64,000 bases of DNA. It comes from Felis catus. Lineage: Eukaryota. Location of the stretch: contig NC_058368.1 of assembly GCF_018350175.1 (NCBI RefSeq), forward strand, positions 204,292,001 to 204,356,000, given 5' to 3'. Under the pieces are notes generated by a model. That model saw only the letters and a program-made list of their open reading frames with translations. It did not search any database and was not told the origin of the DNA. Position numbers and translations under genes: made by a program. Shown one piece after another: positions 37,130-51,500 of the stretch; the first letter of the stretch is position 1; each line of letters opens with the position of its first letter.

Positions 37130-37370
37130 GGGGCACCTGGGTGGCTCAGGCGGTTAAGCGTCAACTTCAGCTCAGGTCATGATCTCACAGTTCATGAGTT
37201 CGAGCCCCATGTCGGGCTCTGTGCTGCCAGCTCAGAGTCTGGAGCCTGCTTCAGATTCTGTGTCTCCTTCTCTCTCTCTCTCTGCCCCTCCTCTGCTTGT
37301 GCTCGGTCTCTGTCTCTGAAAAATAAATAAATGCTAAAAAAATTTTTTTGATTAAAAATTTTTTTCTTAA
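37130..37370 (+). mobile_element. SINEC
   Basis: 15-bp TSD aagaaaaacaagata. Confidence 0.94.
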
Positions 37371-37399
37371 AGAAAAACAAGATAAATCTGGAGGATGAG

Positions 37400-38333
37400 A
37401 GAAAATAAAATAAGAGAAGTTGTCACCCCTAAGATTGGGTTGTGCAAAGCGACTTCCTTTCAAAAAGTATAGTATGGGGAGGGAGAAAAGAGTGACTTGC
37501 AAGTGGAGAAACCTGACAGACACTACCTCAGCCAGGTGACCAGTCGACGTTACCACTGGTAAGTCAGGCTGATCGTGTACAACCTGGGCATGATGTGATG
37601 AGAATGGTGTCTTAGCCTCTGGTCTTCTTCCAAAAACCCAAAACCCAGTCTAACCATGGCAAAAACACCAAACTCCAATTGAGGGACATTCTGTAAAACA
37701 GCTGACCAGCACTTCTCAAAACTGCCAAGGTCATCAAAAACAGAGAAAGTCTGAGAGGAGGAGAATTGGATGAAGATGGTCCAAAGATGCAAACTTCCAG
37801 TCATAGGATAAAGAAGTCCTGGGGCTGGAGTACACAACATGGTGACTCTAGTTAACACGGTTCTGTGGTTTGAAAGTTACAGAGAGAGGGGCACCGGGTG
37901 GCTCAGTAGGTTAAGCGTCCAACTTCGGCTCTTGTCATGATCTCGAGGTTCAGGAATTCAAGCCCCACGTCAGGCTCTCTGCTGTCAGCACAGAGCCTGC
38001 TTCGGATCCTCTGTCTCCCTCTCTCTCTGCCCCTCCCCTGTTTGTGTGCACACGCATGCTCTCTCTCTTTCTCTCAAACATAAAATAAAACATTAAAGGG
38101 GCACCTGGGTGGCTCATTTGGTTGAGCCGCTGACTCTGGATTTCAGCTCAGGTCATGATCTCACCATTCGTGGGATCGAGTCCTGCATTGGCGGATTGGA
38201 ACTGCTTAGGATTCTCTCTCTCCTTCTCTCTCTGCCCTTCCCCTGCGGTCTCTGTCTCAAAATAAATAAATACACATAAAAAAATTTTATAAAGTTGCTG
38301 AGAGAGTAATCTCATCAAAAGGAAAAAACATTT

Positions 38334-38392
<59 letters not shown>

Positions 38393-38830
38393 GGATCTAT
38401 ATGATATAATGATATTAACTGAACTTATTGTGATCATTTCATAACATATGGAAGTCATGCGAACATCATGTTGAATACCTTAAACTTATACAGTGCTCTA
38501 TGTCAATTATATCTCAATTAAACTGGAAAAAAATATTTAAAAGCAAAGCAAAATGATACAGGGAAATTCTGAGAAACTGCCATAGTTAAGGCAACATGAT
38601 GATGTAATGTGTTATCGTGGACGGGATGCTGAAGAGAAAAAAGAGCATTAGGTAAAAGTTGAGGAAATCTAAATTAGTTCATGATAATGTATCAATATGG
38701 ATTTATTAATCATGACAAGTGTACCATATGTAGGACATTAGCAATAGGGGAATCTGGATGTGGGGTATAGGAGAACTCTTTGCACAATATTTGCACTTTT
38801 CTGGAAATCTAAAACTCATCTAAATTAACA
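37400..38830 (+). mobile_element. L1MC-like 3' fragments with a nested L1 end and two SINECs (37888-38097, 38098-38284)
   Basis: GTGGAGAAACCTGACAGACACTACCTCAGCCAGGTGA and TGAGGGACATTCTGTAAAA motifs. Confidence 0.8.
38332..38391. repeat. (TTTC)15 microsatellite
   Basis: Perfect run. Confidence 0.97.
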
Positions 38831-39469
38831 GGATATTTTTTTAACAATTAGAACAGTAGATTTTCTTAACCAAATTCTCAGTTTCTGCCTCAAAGACCTT
38901 CTTTGTTTTTTGCTTTGATTTCACTCATTGACATCTCTTCCTTCTCTTTCCTCAAGGCTTGGAAATTCTAGCTCACTCACCTCTCTTTGAGAGTGTGTTC
39001 AATTTCTCTTCTTGCCCTTCATTTGCTCCCATGTCACCTGCTCTTATCCTAGTACATCTGGCCAGTTTTCCTGCTCCTTGATTTGTGAGTGTCGGTAGCG
39101 TGCTGCCCTGGGCAGGGCAAGACAGAGCAGGTCTGGGCGGCCAACCTACTATCATCTCAGCAACTCCAACTTTGTCACCTGAAAGAGCATATCTTGTCTC
39201 TTTTGAGCAGAGGTTGTTTCTTTGAGGAACTGACAACATAGCATTCTCATCTCAGGCGCTAAAAAAAACCTTAGAAGTTAAGAACATCATGGCAGGAACT
39301 CTGAAAATCATTTGGCCTACACTCTCATTTTAAAGATGAGGGCCAGGAGAAAAATAAAGTGAACAGGATTAAGTTCAAAACCAGGTTTCCTAATTCAGAG
39401 ATCATATGTGCAGTTAGTTGCACAACATTTTAAGAGAAATAATGACCCAGATCAATTACATTCATATCA

Positions 39470-40200
39470 GAACCGAAGGATCTACTTTGGGCAAAGCATT
39501 GTACTAGATGCTAGAGGTAATAGAGACATGATCCAGAACTGTCTCTGCCCCAGGGAGCTTTCAACGTAGGGATGGGTGGGAAAGAACACCAATATGTGGA
39601 ATAAACATAATATAAGCAAGAATAATACATGTGCCGTAAGTACTATAAGGTTGTGAGGAGGGAGGCATGACATCCAACTGAGGATATCAGGAAAGGATTC
39701 ATGGAGGGGGTTTCATTTGTGGTGGACTTTGAAGGATGGGTGAGATCTTGATGGGTAGTGTTGGGGGCAGAGGCGGGGAGTGGGCAAGACATTGGAAAGA
39801 GAAGATCACAAGCCAAGTCAGAAATGTGAGAAAGGGTAGACTGCATTTGAGGAAAAACAAACCACCTGGTTTGGTAAGAAGAATCTTCAATAGATTAGAA
39901 TAGTATTCTAGAGGGCTGTCGCTGACTGTGGCTTTGGTATGTAATTCTGTAACTAATAAGGGATGCCCAGTTTGTGCCACTGGTAATGAAGATGTGGTGT
40001 TTATCACTACGGAATAGTAAGGTCAGAGCCACACTTTACCTCCAATGCGGAGACACAGCGTAAGAGTCACTGGAGGAAGGCATGTCCTTTGAATGAGGTG
40101 GGAACAACTGGGGAACCCAGAGTGTTCTATGAAGACATGAGGCTTAAGTGGAACAACACAAGTATAGCCAGTTAAATGTGTGAGCAGTGAGTTATGCAAC
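39470..40200 (-). mobile_element. L2 remnant
   Basis: ATCAGGAAAGGATTCATGGAGG...GACTTTGAAGGATGGGTGAGA. Confidence 0.65.
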
Positions 40201-40420
40201 ATGATGAGGGTGAGGCTGGGAGGCTCAGGACACTACAAATAAGGGGCTCATTTTTCTGGAATATTCTCTCGAGCTGAGCATCAAGAGGGTACTTAAGGAA
40301 ATGAAATGGACACAATAGAAACAAAATTCCAAAGTGAGTGCTGGAATAAGTTGCAGATTTTCAAAGGAAATGCTCAACCACTAGTTTCATAATTCTAAAA
40401 ATACTCACCCTGTAATAAGG

Positions 40421-40816
40421 GTGTCATGGGCGGTCGCATGTATCAGTTTAGTCAGACGACAGTACCCAGCCACTCAATCAAACACAAACCTAGGTGTTGC
40501 TGTGAGAGTATTTGGCAGGTGTAATCAAAATCCAAAGTCAGTTATTTTTCGTGTGATTCTCTAGATAATCTAGGTGGGCCTGGTTCAATCAACTGAAGTT
40601 GAGAAGCATTAAGAGCAGAGCTGAGGTTTCCCTGAGGAAAAGAAGTGTCACCTGTGGGACGCAGCTTTGACTACTGCCAGAGAGTTCTAGCCTGCCCTTC
40701 CTGATGGCCTGCCCTATGGATTTGCCTCCACAATCATGTAAGTCAATGCTTTGCAATACATTTCTTAATATATATCTCCTATTGGTTGTTTCTCTGGCTG
40801 AACCCTGACTGATCGA
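40421..40816 (+). mobile_element. ERVL solo LTR (MLT2D-like)
   Basis: AATCAAACACAAACCTAGGTGTTGCTGTG...CTCCTATTGGTTGTTTCTCTGGCTGAACCCTGACTGAT. Confidence 0.82.
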
Positions 40817-41090
40817 ACGAGTTGAAAGAGGAATGTTCGAGAGACAATTTACTGAGGATAACGTCTTTGGACAGAGATTTTGACCTGCGTTCCCTGAAGT
40901 AGGGGCAGCCTGGACTGATGGCAACCTCAGAGGCTGAGTGGTGGGCTTGCTCCTTTAGCAGAGGAGCCCCTGAACCCAGGACAGAAGCTTCCAGGTAAAG
41001 CTATGAATGAAACATATACTGACATGTGCTTCCTAGTGAAAGCTCACTAAAATGATCATACAAGGATTTTCCAGAAAGCCATAAATCCAG

Positions 41091-41335
41091 CAGCGCCTGG
41101 GTGGCTCAGTCGGTTAAGCTTCTGACTCTTGGTTTCAGCTCAGGTCATGATCTCACAGTTTCGTGAGTTTGAGCCCTGAGTCGAGCTCTGTGCTGACAGC
41201 ATGAAGACTGCTTGGGATTCTCTGTCTCTGTCTCTCTGTCTCTCTGTCTCTCTGTCTCTCTCTCAGCCCCTCCCCCACTCACACTCTGTCTCTCTCAAAA
41301 AGAAATAAACGTAAAAAAAAATAAATGAAAAACAA
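41091..41335 (+). mobile_element. SINEC
   Basis: TSD aaagccataaatcca. Confidence 0.94.
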
Positions 41336-41707
41336 AAAGCCATAAATCCATAAAGATAGGAAGCCTAGAAAAAGGGACAACAGGAACAACATCTTGGCAG
41401 CAAGGGGATAAAGGTGTGGTAAAAATCCCAGCAGAGCCTGTGGTGGACCAGGGAAGGTCTTTCTCTGAAGGGCCAGGCTGATATAGTTACTGCATGGTGG
41501 GGAACAGGGGGCATGCTGTTTCTGCAGGCTGACTGCCTACAGGAAGGGAGAATTTATCCCTCGTGTCTTCTTCCAAAGCCTCTAGTTAAGTAAGTTACTC
41601 CTTCCTGCCAGGGGAAGGGAGAGAAAGTAGGTATGGAGAGGCCAGTAGAATTATACAGTCATGTCCTCCACATGCCACCCCCTTCCCCCCCAATAAGGTC
41701 TATGCCA

Positions 41708-41726
41708 TTTTTTAAAAGTGTTTATT

Positions 41727-41761
<35 letters not shown>

Positions 41762-41886
41762 CCAAAGCAGACTCTGCACTGGCAGCAGAGAGCCCCATGC
41801 AGGGCTCAAACTCACGAACCATGAGATCATGACCTGAGCCAAAGTCAAGAGTTGGATGCTTAACCGACTGAGCCACTAGGTGCCCC
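41708..41886 (-). mobile_element. SINEC
   Basis: TSD aaggtctatgcca. Confidence 0.94.
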
Positions 41887-43922
41887 AAGGTCTATGCCAC
41901 TTTTATGTTTTTTCTGGGTTTCACAAGGACTGATTTTAAAAAGGCACAGGCACAGTTGGATTATAACACATATCAGTTAAAACCCCACATTCAGAATCTC
42001 CCAATAACAAAATAGAGAATGAAATAGCTTCAGAGGATTTTTCTTTAACATAAAATTAAGTATAATAAATTCAGCAAAGTACAACCATAGATAGCTAGCC
42101 ATCGTATTGGCCACCATTTCTGGCTGGTTTCAGTAGAAAAGGGATTCATTGCAGTGATGTTGGGCCTCATGGAGAGCTTCAGGGAAGGCTTAAAAGGCAG
42201 GATTGGAAAATGGGCAGAAATGAAAGGAGGCTAGCCAGCCAGGAAGGGCCTGCCTCCCCTGCCGAACACACACCAGGGCTGTGGCTTGCATCACTGATCC
42301 TGAACACATTTTTGGCCTTTGCTCACCATCACCCCTCCACAACCCCCGCTCCACCCCACGAAAATGGATGGTGCAGCCACTGTCAGAAAGAATGCTCTAC
42401 TTGCTTTGCTTCTTTCCAACGCTAACTTCAGGTTCAAAGACCTAGGTGCATGCATCTGACAGGCTAAATCCAGGTCACGTACCCTCTCCCTGTTAGGTGA
42501 TGTGACAAAGTCGGTATCTGCTGTTCTCACCTGATTGTGGGAGGGAGACCATTCATGGGGAATTTCCTAAATATAGGAATGAGGTCCACAGGCTCAGAGG
42601 TGAAGATAAAAAAAATGACAAATGCACACTACAACACTTTTCGGCAGTGGTGCCTACAACCAAATATTCTTGTGTATTAAGGCAAATCATACCTAACCCC
42701 ACCATTTTGTATTCTATAGTGCTGTTATGATCACCAGAGAGATAAACACAAAGTGCAATTTATCAGGAATTAAAGTCCACAAAACAAAATGTTAGTACAA
42801 CAATAAATCTTGGTTGCAAGGAGGAGAATCAAGGAAGAAAATAGCTAAGACAGGAAATATGGAAGTTCTCATGTGCACTATATCACACGTTTTTGCTACT
42901 TTTTAAACTCGAAGCATTCGTCATGTGAGTACAGTGATTTAACATCCTCTTCTCAGTTCAGAAATGGAACCTCAGGCCAGTATTTAAAAATGGCAACCAA
43001 ACTTTTGTTTTATTTCTTCCTGTCTTTTTCTCAAGTATTCAGCTTCAGTAACAATGTTGATAAGTGTTCTTGGCAGATTGCCCCTTAATTATTCTTTATT
43101 TTAACACTCGCTACAATTCAGGACTCTCATTTTGAGAGTAAGGTTATGCTGGAATATAAACAGTTACTATTTTAAAATAACGTTTGCACGGTAGCATTTC
43201 CTTTCCTTGGTTGGAAGCCGTGAGATGGAACTCACTGCACTCTTCCCGCATCAGCTTGTCAGTCCTAGACCGGACATACCTGCATGCGTCAAAGAGAGCT
43301 TCAAAAATATATTTTAAAATACGTTTGCGAATTGGCATTCCTTATTCTTGATTACGCGTTTTATGTGCCAGCACGTTTCTCCAGGCAACCATACTTGAAA
43401 CTGGCATTCTGAATATATCATAATGAGCATGATAAACTTGACTGATGTGAGTGTACTTCTGGTTAAAGTTATGGTTCCCACACTGCTACTATCCTCTTTG
43501 CCTAAAATAAATTAGGATCATTCTCCCCTCCCCCGCCCCACCTCCACCCTGCCCCATCTCCAAGTCTGGCTAATGCCTGTTAGTTCTTTAAATTCAGCTC
43601 AGTCATACTTGTCTTCTGTCTGTTCATCAGACAGGGGTCATTTATTTCTGTCTCAGAACCTTTGTACTTGTTCTTCTTGCAAGTCCCAGGGCCTCCTATG
43701 ACTGGCTCCTTCTGATCATTCGTTTCTCAGCTCGACTTTCACAAGAAATGACTGTTTTCCTAGCCCCCTCATGTATCACCATCCTCCTCCCAGCCAATCA
43801 TATTTTATCCTATTATCCTGCTTCATTTTCTTAGTATTGTCTCTGGAAACATTGCAGCTTATTTATTAACTTATTTATCGATTTGCTTACATATTTCACT
43901 GGCTCCTCCCCATCTTTAACAC

Positions 43923-44760
43923 TGTGACTTATAATTAGAAATGTATTTTTGGTCTGTGTCCCATTTCTGGCACAGAGCTACGAAAACCCTTGGAATATCC
44001 TAAGTGGTCAGAGCGATAAATGTGCCATTATTCATAACAAACCCTTCAACCACACTTGAATTTATGTTGATGAGGTGACTTTAGGAAAGCACCTAAAGAT
44101 GCTGGCTGGTTTTCAGGGGAACCAACCCTGTGTTTAGAGGATTGGGACTTTCAGTCCCTCTATCCGCCCCCTGTTACCCACCCCCCGGGAGGGGAGAGGG
44201 GCTGGAGATTGAATTCAATCAACCATGCCTAAAACATGAAGCCTCCATAAAACCTCAAAAGGAGAGGGTCTGAAGAGCTTCTGGGTTGGTGAACGAGAAC
44301 CTACCTAATGCTGGGAAGATGGCACACTCCAAACTCCATGGGGACAGGAGCTCTTGTACTTGAGACATTTATGGATCTTTCCCTACGTTGTCTTCATTTG
44401 GCTATTCGTTTATAGCCTTAAAATCCTTTGTAATAAGCCAATAATTACTACTGTCTAGTAAGTAAACTGGTTTACTGAGTGCTGTGAGTTGCTCTGGAAA
44501 ATTAATTAAACCTAAAGGGGGTGCCATGGGAATCTCTGATTTATAAGTGGTGGGTGAGGAGCACAGGTAGTAATCAGGACTTGTGACTGTGCCTGAAGTG
44601 GTTTGAGAGGGAGGCAGTCTTGTGAGACTGAGCCTTTAACCTGTAAGATTGGATGCTGTTTCCAGGTAGATAGTGTCAAAATTGAGTTAAATTGCAGGAC
44701 ATCCAGCTGTTGTCGAAGAATTGCTTAATGCGTGTCAGAAGTGAAGTTGTGTGAGAGAAA
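43923..44760 (+). mobile_element. MER21-like LTR inserted in an L2
   Basis: TGGCACAGAGCTACGAAAACCCTTGGAAT...CCAGGTAGATAGTGTCAAAATTGAGTTAAATTGCAGGACA. Confidence 0.8.
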
Positions 44761-47369
44761 ATGGAGGAAACATATAGCAGTGTGTTTTTCTTTAGACCAC
44801 CCCACTAGAAAGAAAGTTCTCTGGGCACAAGGACATTGTTTGTTTTGTTTCAAACTGTTAACCTTGTGGGATGGGAATCTTGAGCAAGGAAGGTGCCTTT
44901 CTGAGAAAAATGCCAACACCAAGGAAATCATTCTCCACAGTTGTGGAGAGTGCTATAGTAGGAAAGACATCAACTGACCTCTTGGATCCAATTTTCCTAG
45001 AAAAAAACCGAACCTCCTGGATTTTTCATTATACAAACACATTGATTAAGTTAGTTGATGTTGGTTTCTGTTCTTTGCAACCAAAAGAGTATTGACTAAT
45101 ACACCAGTGAATGGGCTCTCCAAATTAAATCACCCAGTTAGGCAACCAGTTAGGGTTTGAAGGGTGTATATTGCCATGAAATCCCACGTCTGGCAGGAAG
45201 AGTCCTGGGATTACTCAACCTTCAGGCAGCTCCCAGACACCCATATCCACACACAGGAAGGTGACTGTTCAAGTAGAACTCCTCCATATGGCAGATACAG
45301 TTCCTGCCTACGCTTTAGTCTTTTGCTCCGTATTCCTTAGAAATAGAACCCAGAACTTCTTTTAGAGAAGGCTGAAGCTAATAATGATAACGGTCTTCCC
45401 CCATAATGATTGATTTAGGAATGGGCATGTGATGCCATTCTGCCCAATGAAATATGTGAGAATCCAGAGAGGCTTTTGGAAAAGTTGTCTTTGCTCTTCC
45501 AAAGGGATTTTGGGAAGGAAGCCCTTTCCCCCTCTTCCAGCCTTTGGGTATTGTTAGGCAAAGACATAAATCTTAGACCTGTTGCAACCATCTTGTGATG
45601 TGACTAAATAAGCCTGAAGACAAAAGCCAAACAAAGCCATGGGGGTAGCGGAGCGAAACCATGGCCGGATCTTCCCGCAACAACCACACAGCTCTTACTC
45701 CCTGTGTGCTATGAGACCCTTTACATGCATCTGTGGGAAGCTCTGAGGTTCTCTTTCATACTCCTTTAGTGTCATGGTGTCATAGCACAGGAGCCGTCCT
45801 CTGTCTCCTTCGCAGGCAATTCCTCATGCGACCATTCCAACACATTTTCTTTAAAAAATCTACAGACCAAAAGTAGGCACTAATCTTTATATTTAATGTG
45901 CTCCCACCCTCCCCCCGGGGGACGTATGTAAAGTTCTTCCAATTCTTCCTCCATGCCCCAAAGTGCTCCTAAGGCTGCCGTGGGACAGGACTTCAGGCCC
46001 TGCAGCTCAGCAATCAGGCAGTCGAGGAGGGGAATGTCAGTATTCTCTTCCTGTCAATAACCAAAAGTTTAATTTCACCTGGGAGCAATGGAGAAAGAAC
46101 CACCTTTCCTCCAAAGGGCAAGAAGAAATTGCCCTCTCCCTAGTATCCCAAACTTCTCTCTGGACTTAGGTCTCTTGACCTCCCCCTCTTCCTACCCTCA
46201 CCACCCTCTTTTCTTTTATGTTGTGGAGGTATAGTAGGTGGTGGTTGATTGCAGAAAGGTTTTTCTTTCACCAATTCAAAATCCCTTTGTAGGAATGAAA
46301 CTGGCTCCAGTGTTGCTCTTTATAGACTGTAAGGTATTTAGTGCGTCTTTATTTCTCAGCTTTGGGCCCCAATGCTCAGTGCCGGCCTGGGTGCTCCAAA
46401 TCTAGGGTGACTCACATTGAGTAACTCAGGCTATCTGTGAGCTGGACACTATCTTAACATATTCCTTCCATACACTACTGTGAGGGACAGTGAGGGCAGT
46501 ATGTGTTTTCAGGAGGTGGAGTCTTCGGTGAGGTACCCCCTAAGGACCCGGAAACTGGGTCATCCACTGAAGAATAACCTTTAAGAAGTTGACACATACT
46601 GAAGCAGAGATAGAAAACGTCACTTCAAAGAAACCAAATGTTACTCAGGCAGTAAGGCTAGACTTTAACCTGATTGATTGTACTGACTTGTTTAGGGAAC
46701 AGAATGGGAAGTGGAGATGGTCAGTCATGGCTTCATAAAAAAGAAGTCACAGATACAAACGCAAACCATGCCCAATTAAGAATGGGTCACAGAAGAGATT
46801 AGGAGTGGATTGTGTATCCAGTGTTCTTGAGCCATTGGCAAAGCCAGTCTTCAAGTGGCATGGGCGAAGTTCATTGGTAGTTTCGTGGCCTTGGCATATC
46901 TTCATTCCTATTTGGAAGACCGTCCTATTGAAAAATGGATACGTCATGTCACCATAACCTGATGAGAAGAGGAGCTTGAAAGAGCTGTGTTTCTAATTTT
47001 CTTCCCAATTCCATGTGTACAATGTCCGAGGATGACACGACCTCCCGTGTTGGTTAACCTAGAGGGTGAGTCATGCGGACTTTGAGGGCTGGGGTTCCTT
47101 TTGTACTATCAGTAGTGAACTGGCATTCTGATTTATGCATCATAAACATGGTCAATGTAGTGCACCCCTCAGAGACGGACTTGTTCTTAGCAGGCTGATA
47201 GAAGACGTCTGCTGAGCCCAGGAGCCAGGCACCAAAAGAGTCCCCAGGGTACTCGGTGCTGTCCTCTGAAGCCTCTTGGGAGAAGTTACCTACATTGCCT
47301 TACTCGACATCTACCACCCCACCCCAGTCTACCCTCTTTGAACACAATTGTGTTTCTGTATACACAATA

Positions 47370-47590
47370 GTAGAAGGAACATGGGTTTTGACATCACAAG
47401 ACCTGGATTTGAATTCCATTTTTGCTACTTTTTAATTGAGTAACTTGAAACAAGTTACCTAACTTCTCTGCACCTCATTCTCCTCGTTTGTAAATTGGGT
47501 TTTACACAGTGGTGAATTAGAGGGATAGTGTATACAATACACATATTATAATCTCTGAAAAACACTATACACTCAATAAACCCTTACTAC
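47370..47590 (+). mobile_element. MIR
   Basis: AAGTTACCTAACTTCTCTGCACCTCATTCTCCTCGTTTGTAAATTGGG. Confidence 0.75.
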
Positions 47591-48049
47591 AAATGTTGAC
47601 AAGTGAGAAGTAGATTAACCTCAAGATCACACTGTAGGAAGAACATTCCATTGAACTCACTCCCTTGCCTCCCAAATTATATGGAAAAAATATCATACTC
47701 TTGCTCTCTTAACACTCCTTTTACCTGAAAAACCCAGCACGAGGGAAATTTTACTGGAACTCACCACCACTTGGACTTAGGCTATCACTCTTGATTGAAG
47801 TTGCAGTTCCCACGTTATACAGTTGATGGTTCCCTTTCCCTGAAATGATGCCCCCTCCCTGGTCCACGACCCAGATATCTCCCGTCACTCCTCCAAAACT
47901 CAGCTCAGACATATGGGCCTTTTGTTTTCTATTCTTCAACTGGGCAAACCTTTGCCCTTCCTGGCCCTTTCACTCGGCAACCCTCTGACTCCAGAGCTAG
48001 AGAGGTTCTTCCTCTCCACCTCATGGACCTGTCCACCCAACAGGCATTT

Positions 48050-48272
48050 TCTTGTTTCATTACTCCACTGCATTCTTTTCTTCACGGTATGATCCCTGCC
48101 TGAAGAGACATCAACTTATTCTTTTTCCTACATAATGTTTGGTTTTCCTCCACTAAGCTTGACTGGATCAGAAACTGTGTCTGTCTTGTGTGCCACAATG
48201 AACCCTTGAGCCTAGAACAGTGCCTGGCACACTGTAGTGTTCAATAAAGATCTCTGAATGTGATAAATGGAC
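48050..48272 (+). mobile_element. L2 3' end
   Basis: GCCTAGAACAGTGCCTGGCACACTGTAGTGTTCAATAAA. Confidence 0.75.
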
Positions 48273-49311
48273 AAATACCACTTGCTCTGGAAAGCCTTCC
48301 TTTGCCACCAGGATGAGTTCGGTCCTCCTCCTCTGAACCTCCAGTGTCCTTTGGGCATGCTTCTTTGTATAACGCTTGAACTATGTTGTGATTACTAATT
48401 GTGTTATTTAAGAAATACCTGTCATGCGTCCTCACACAGTAGTAACCCTTTCAGGGGTAAGGTGGGAAAGAGGAAAGGCAAGAGATAAAACCCTAGAGAG
48501 GGGTTGTGTTGGAAACACCACCTGTTTGTGGGGGTAAAAGTGCTAAGTCAGTAGGGTTTTCAATCAAGTTCCCATTAAGAAATTTTGGGAAGGGGGTAGG
48601 CGATGGTTCTGGAGAGAGGAGACTATATCCCTGGGCACCACAAGCCTACTGTGGAGTGCAGCAGTGGAGGTGAACTAGTGTCATTGTGCTGTCAGGTAGG
48701 GACAGGTCCCGAGTTGTGTGGAAGCAGTACAGAAACTCCTCACCTCCAGCAGAGCACAGAAGAGCTGAAACTGACCATGTTGAGGGGCTGTGCTGCAAAA
48801 GGGGCTGAGGGAGCCTCTAGCAGAGGTCTGCTGTAGGACTGCTGGTAGGGCATCCGATGAAAGCCATGATGAGCCTTAGGACTATGCAGAGGTGAGCCCG
48901 GGTTCCTGTGAACACAGGGAGGCCAGTATGAGGACCCATGAGCATGGCTGAGCGCCCTACCCTCCTCTGATGTGACAACAACCCAGTGAGCAAATCCAGG
49001 TGCCATCTTGCCCAGTAGAGGGACTTGTGGAGAAATAGCCCTGAGAAGGAATTAAACTTTCAATCTATAGAATATTTAGGCAAAATAGAGCTGTTAAACC
49101 TGAAGAGATGGAATTGCAAATTTGAAAATTCCTCCTACCCCACCCTCTCCTACTCTTTATCTAGTGAAATAAAGGCTGGAAACCCAGCCTTTTGCCATTT
49201 TTACTTTTCTCCATTCTTTAGACTATGAACTCTTTGAGGAAAGAGTCTTTTGTTGTGTCTTCCTACCGTCTGGCACAAGTGGGAGCCCAGACAAAGTTTT
49301 CCATTTTCCAG

Positions 49312-49558
49312 CAGTTACACGAAAACTAAAAAGAAACAGGTGAAATTAATTTTAATAACATATATTATTTAACCCCACATAATCAAAGTATTATTGTAAC
49401 ATGTACCAATATGAAAATAATTAAGGTGATATTTCCTTTTTTTGTACTAAGTCTTTAAAATCGGGGATGTATTTTACACTTCTCTCACTTTGTGCTAGCC
49501 ACTTTTCAAGTACTCAAGAGCCACATACAGCTAATCCTTGTTTTATTGGACAGCATAG
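49312..49558. mobile_element. MER33-like hAT-Charlie MITE
   Basis: AAGAAACAGGTGAAATTAATTTTAATAA...CTAGCCACTTTTCAAGTACTCAAGAGCCACA...ATTGGACAGCA. Confidence 0.8.
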
Positions 49559-51500
49559 GCCGGGCACAATCCCTGCTGCAGAGCAAGTAAAAAAGTAAGT
49601 GTTTGTCCAATGGGTGAATTTATAATACTAAATGCTATCATAACATCTTCCTGCCTCTAATAAAATTTTTGTTCCTTTCAAAGCAGGGCAGAACAATAAA
49701 CTATATTTTGCCTTTGATGTGTAGCATCTATAGTCCTTGACCAACATGACTTAGCATTCAACTTAGAAACTATAAGGAAACATAGATCTTAATGTCTTAA
49801 AAATGCACATTCAAGTATGACATTGACTTGACTATGCTTGTATAAAATCGTAACTCAAAAAAAACTTGCAGCCCCTTCTGAGATAAATATATGTATATTT
49901 TGTCCTCAACTGCATGGGCCAGAGCTAATATTTGTGTAGCTTGGTATTATCTATTATGTTTCACAGAATCTCTGAGGCTTGTTCTTAAAAATTCAATTAA
50001 GATGCTCTGTATCTAATTATTAACCCATTTCATGGTTTATTGCTTAGCTTCCCAGCTATCAATAACTGTGCTCATTTTGCTTAACTGAAGATTAATTCGA
50101 TCAAAAAGACAATCTGTGCCTTGTGGGAATTTCCTGTTGTGCAAGATGATCATTCTCACGACTATCTGGCTAATCATTTCCTACTGTGAACTCCCGGAGT
50201 TGGAACTATTTGCTCTCCCTTTCTAAGAATAAAGCTGTATCTTCTTTCTTCTGGTTGTCTTTACTGCTTTTCAATGCATTCTATGCCAAGAATGTTTAAT
50301 TCCCCCCCACCCCCCCACCCCCCCCAATTGCTGTTGATCACAACCAGCCAATTTTTGTCTCTCTTTAACATCTACTTTTTGAGTGTATGAATTGGGCAAT
50401 ACTATGGAGTGACAGCCATTGAGTGGCCTGTTCCCCCCAAGTAATTTATGCCACCAGTTCACAGTGGTTCCATTGCCAGTATATTTTGCCACTTCGCTGT
50501 TGAGAATGTCTCTTACTAGGTTAATATCTATAGTGGATAATAAATTTCATATAACAGTAGTTGTGCAATGCACAGAATCATCAATGACCACTTGTTAGCA
50601 GCATTCCTGGGTCTCAACGAAACAGAGGGGGAGGGATACAAACAACTCTCAGGGTCCCCCACCAAAGCAAAGTTTACGGATTCTCAGTCTGAGGAGGAGA
50701 TGGGGCAGAGTCTAATTTAAGGCCATAATTATCCTCCTTTGGATTCTCCCAAATGGTGTTCCCGGCGATTTCCTCCAGCTTGTTCCTCTCTTGCTCCTTT
50801 CTCTTTTCTGGGGAAGTTAGGTAGTTTATATCCCATAGATTCGCTACACCGGAAATTATGGGGCCCTTCCTTCTTTCAACAACCTTTTATTTGGCATCTA
50901 CCACATATCAAGCTCAGAAGGTACAGTGGGGTCAGATGGAGCTCCTTTCCTCAGAGTGCGTGGGCTACCAAAACTCCTACAATTGTGATCAACTTCCTTG
51001 CTCAGGCCAGGAAGTCACTGGTGTCCTCACTGGTGTCTAACCCCAAACTTTTTTCCAGTTTCCTTAGGAAGAATTGTACCAATAGCAGTCTCTTAAAATT
51101 AAGTCAAGGTAGTGTTGAATAGAGGTATTAGGTACTTACAAATCGGGTGTTTAGAATATTTACACATTTACAAATTCTGAGTGATATCCTGTTCCAACTT
51201 GTAACGTAGGCGTGCTTGGCTTCTCTGGAAACTAGAAAACGTTAAGATTGAATTCAAAATAAGTATTTCAGAAATCTTACAGGTGAAACCCAGATCTGTT
51301 GCTAGGCAACCTGACAGAGTCCCAAGTGGGGACCAACTTGCCTCCCACACTTGACCATCTCTCCCCAGTGGTGGGACGCGGAGACCTCATTGGCTCCCGT
51401 CTCCTCTCACTAAACTCCCATTGGTCGGAGAACCTCTCACTCCGTTCCTGTTGGCTCTCGCTGTCTCTCGCCGCTCTGTAATTGGCAGGCCGGCTCTCGG

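Noticed and set aside
45640..47080. Possible pseudogene or exon fragment; AP-1 sites at 46408 and 47067
   Set aside because: No recognisable protein in any frame; isolated 7-mers are expected by chance
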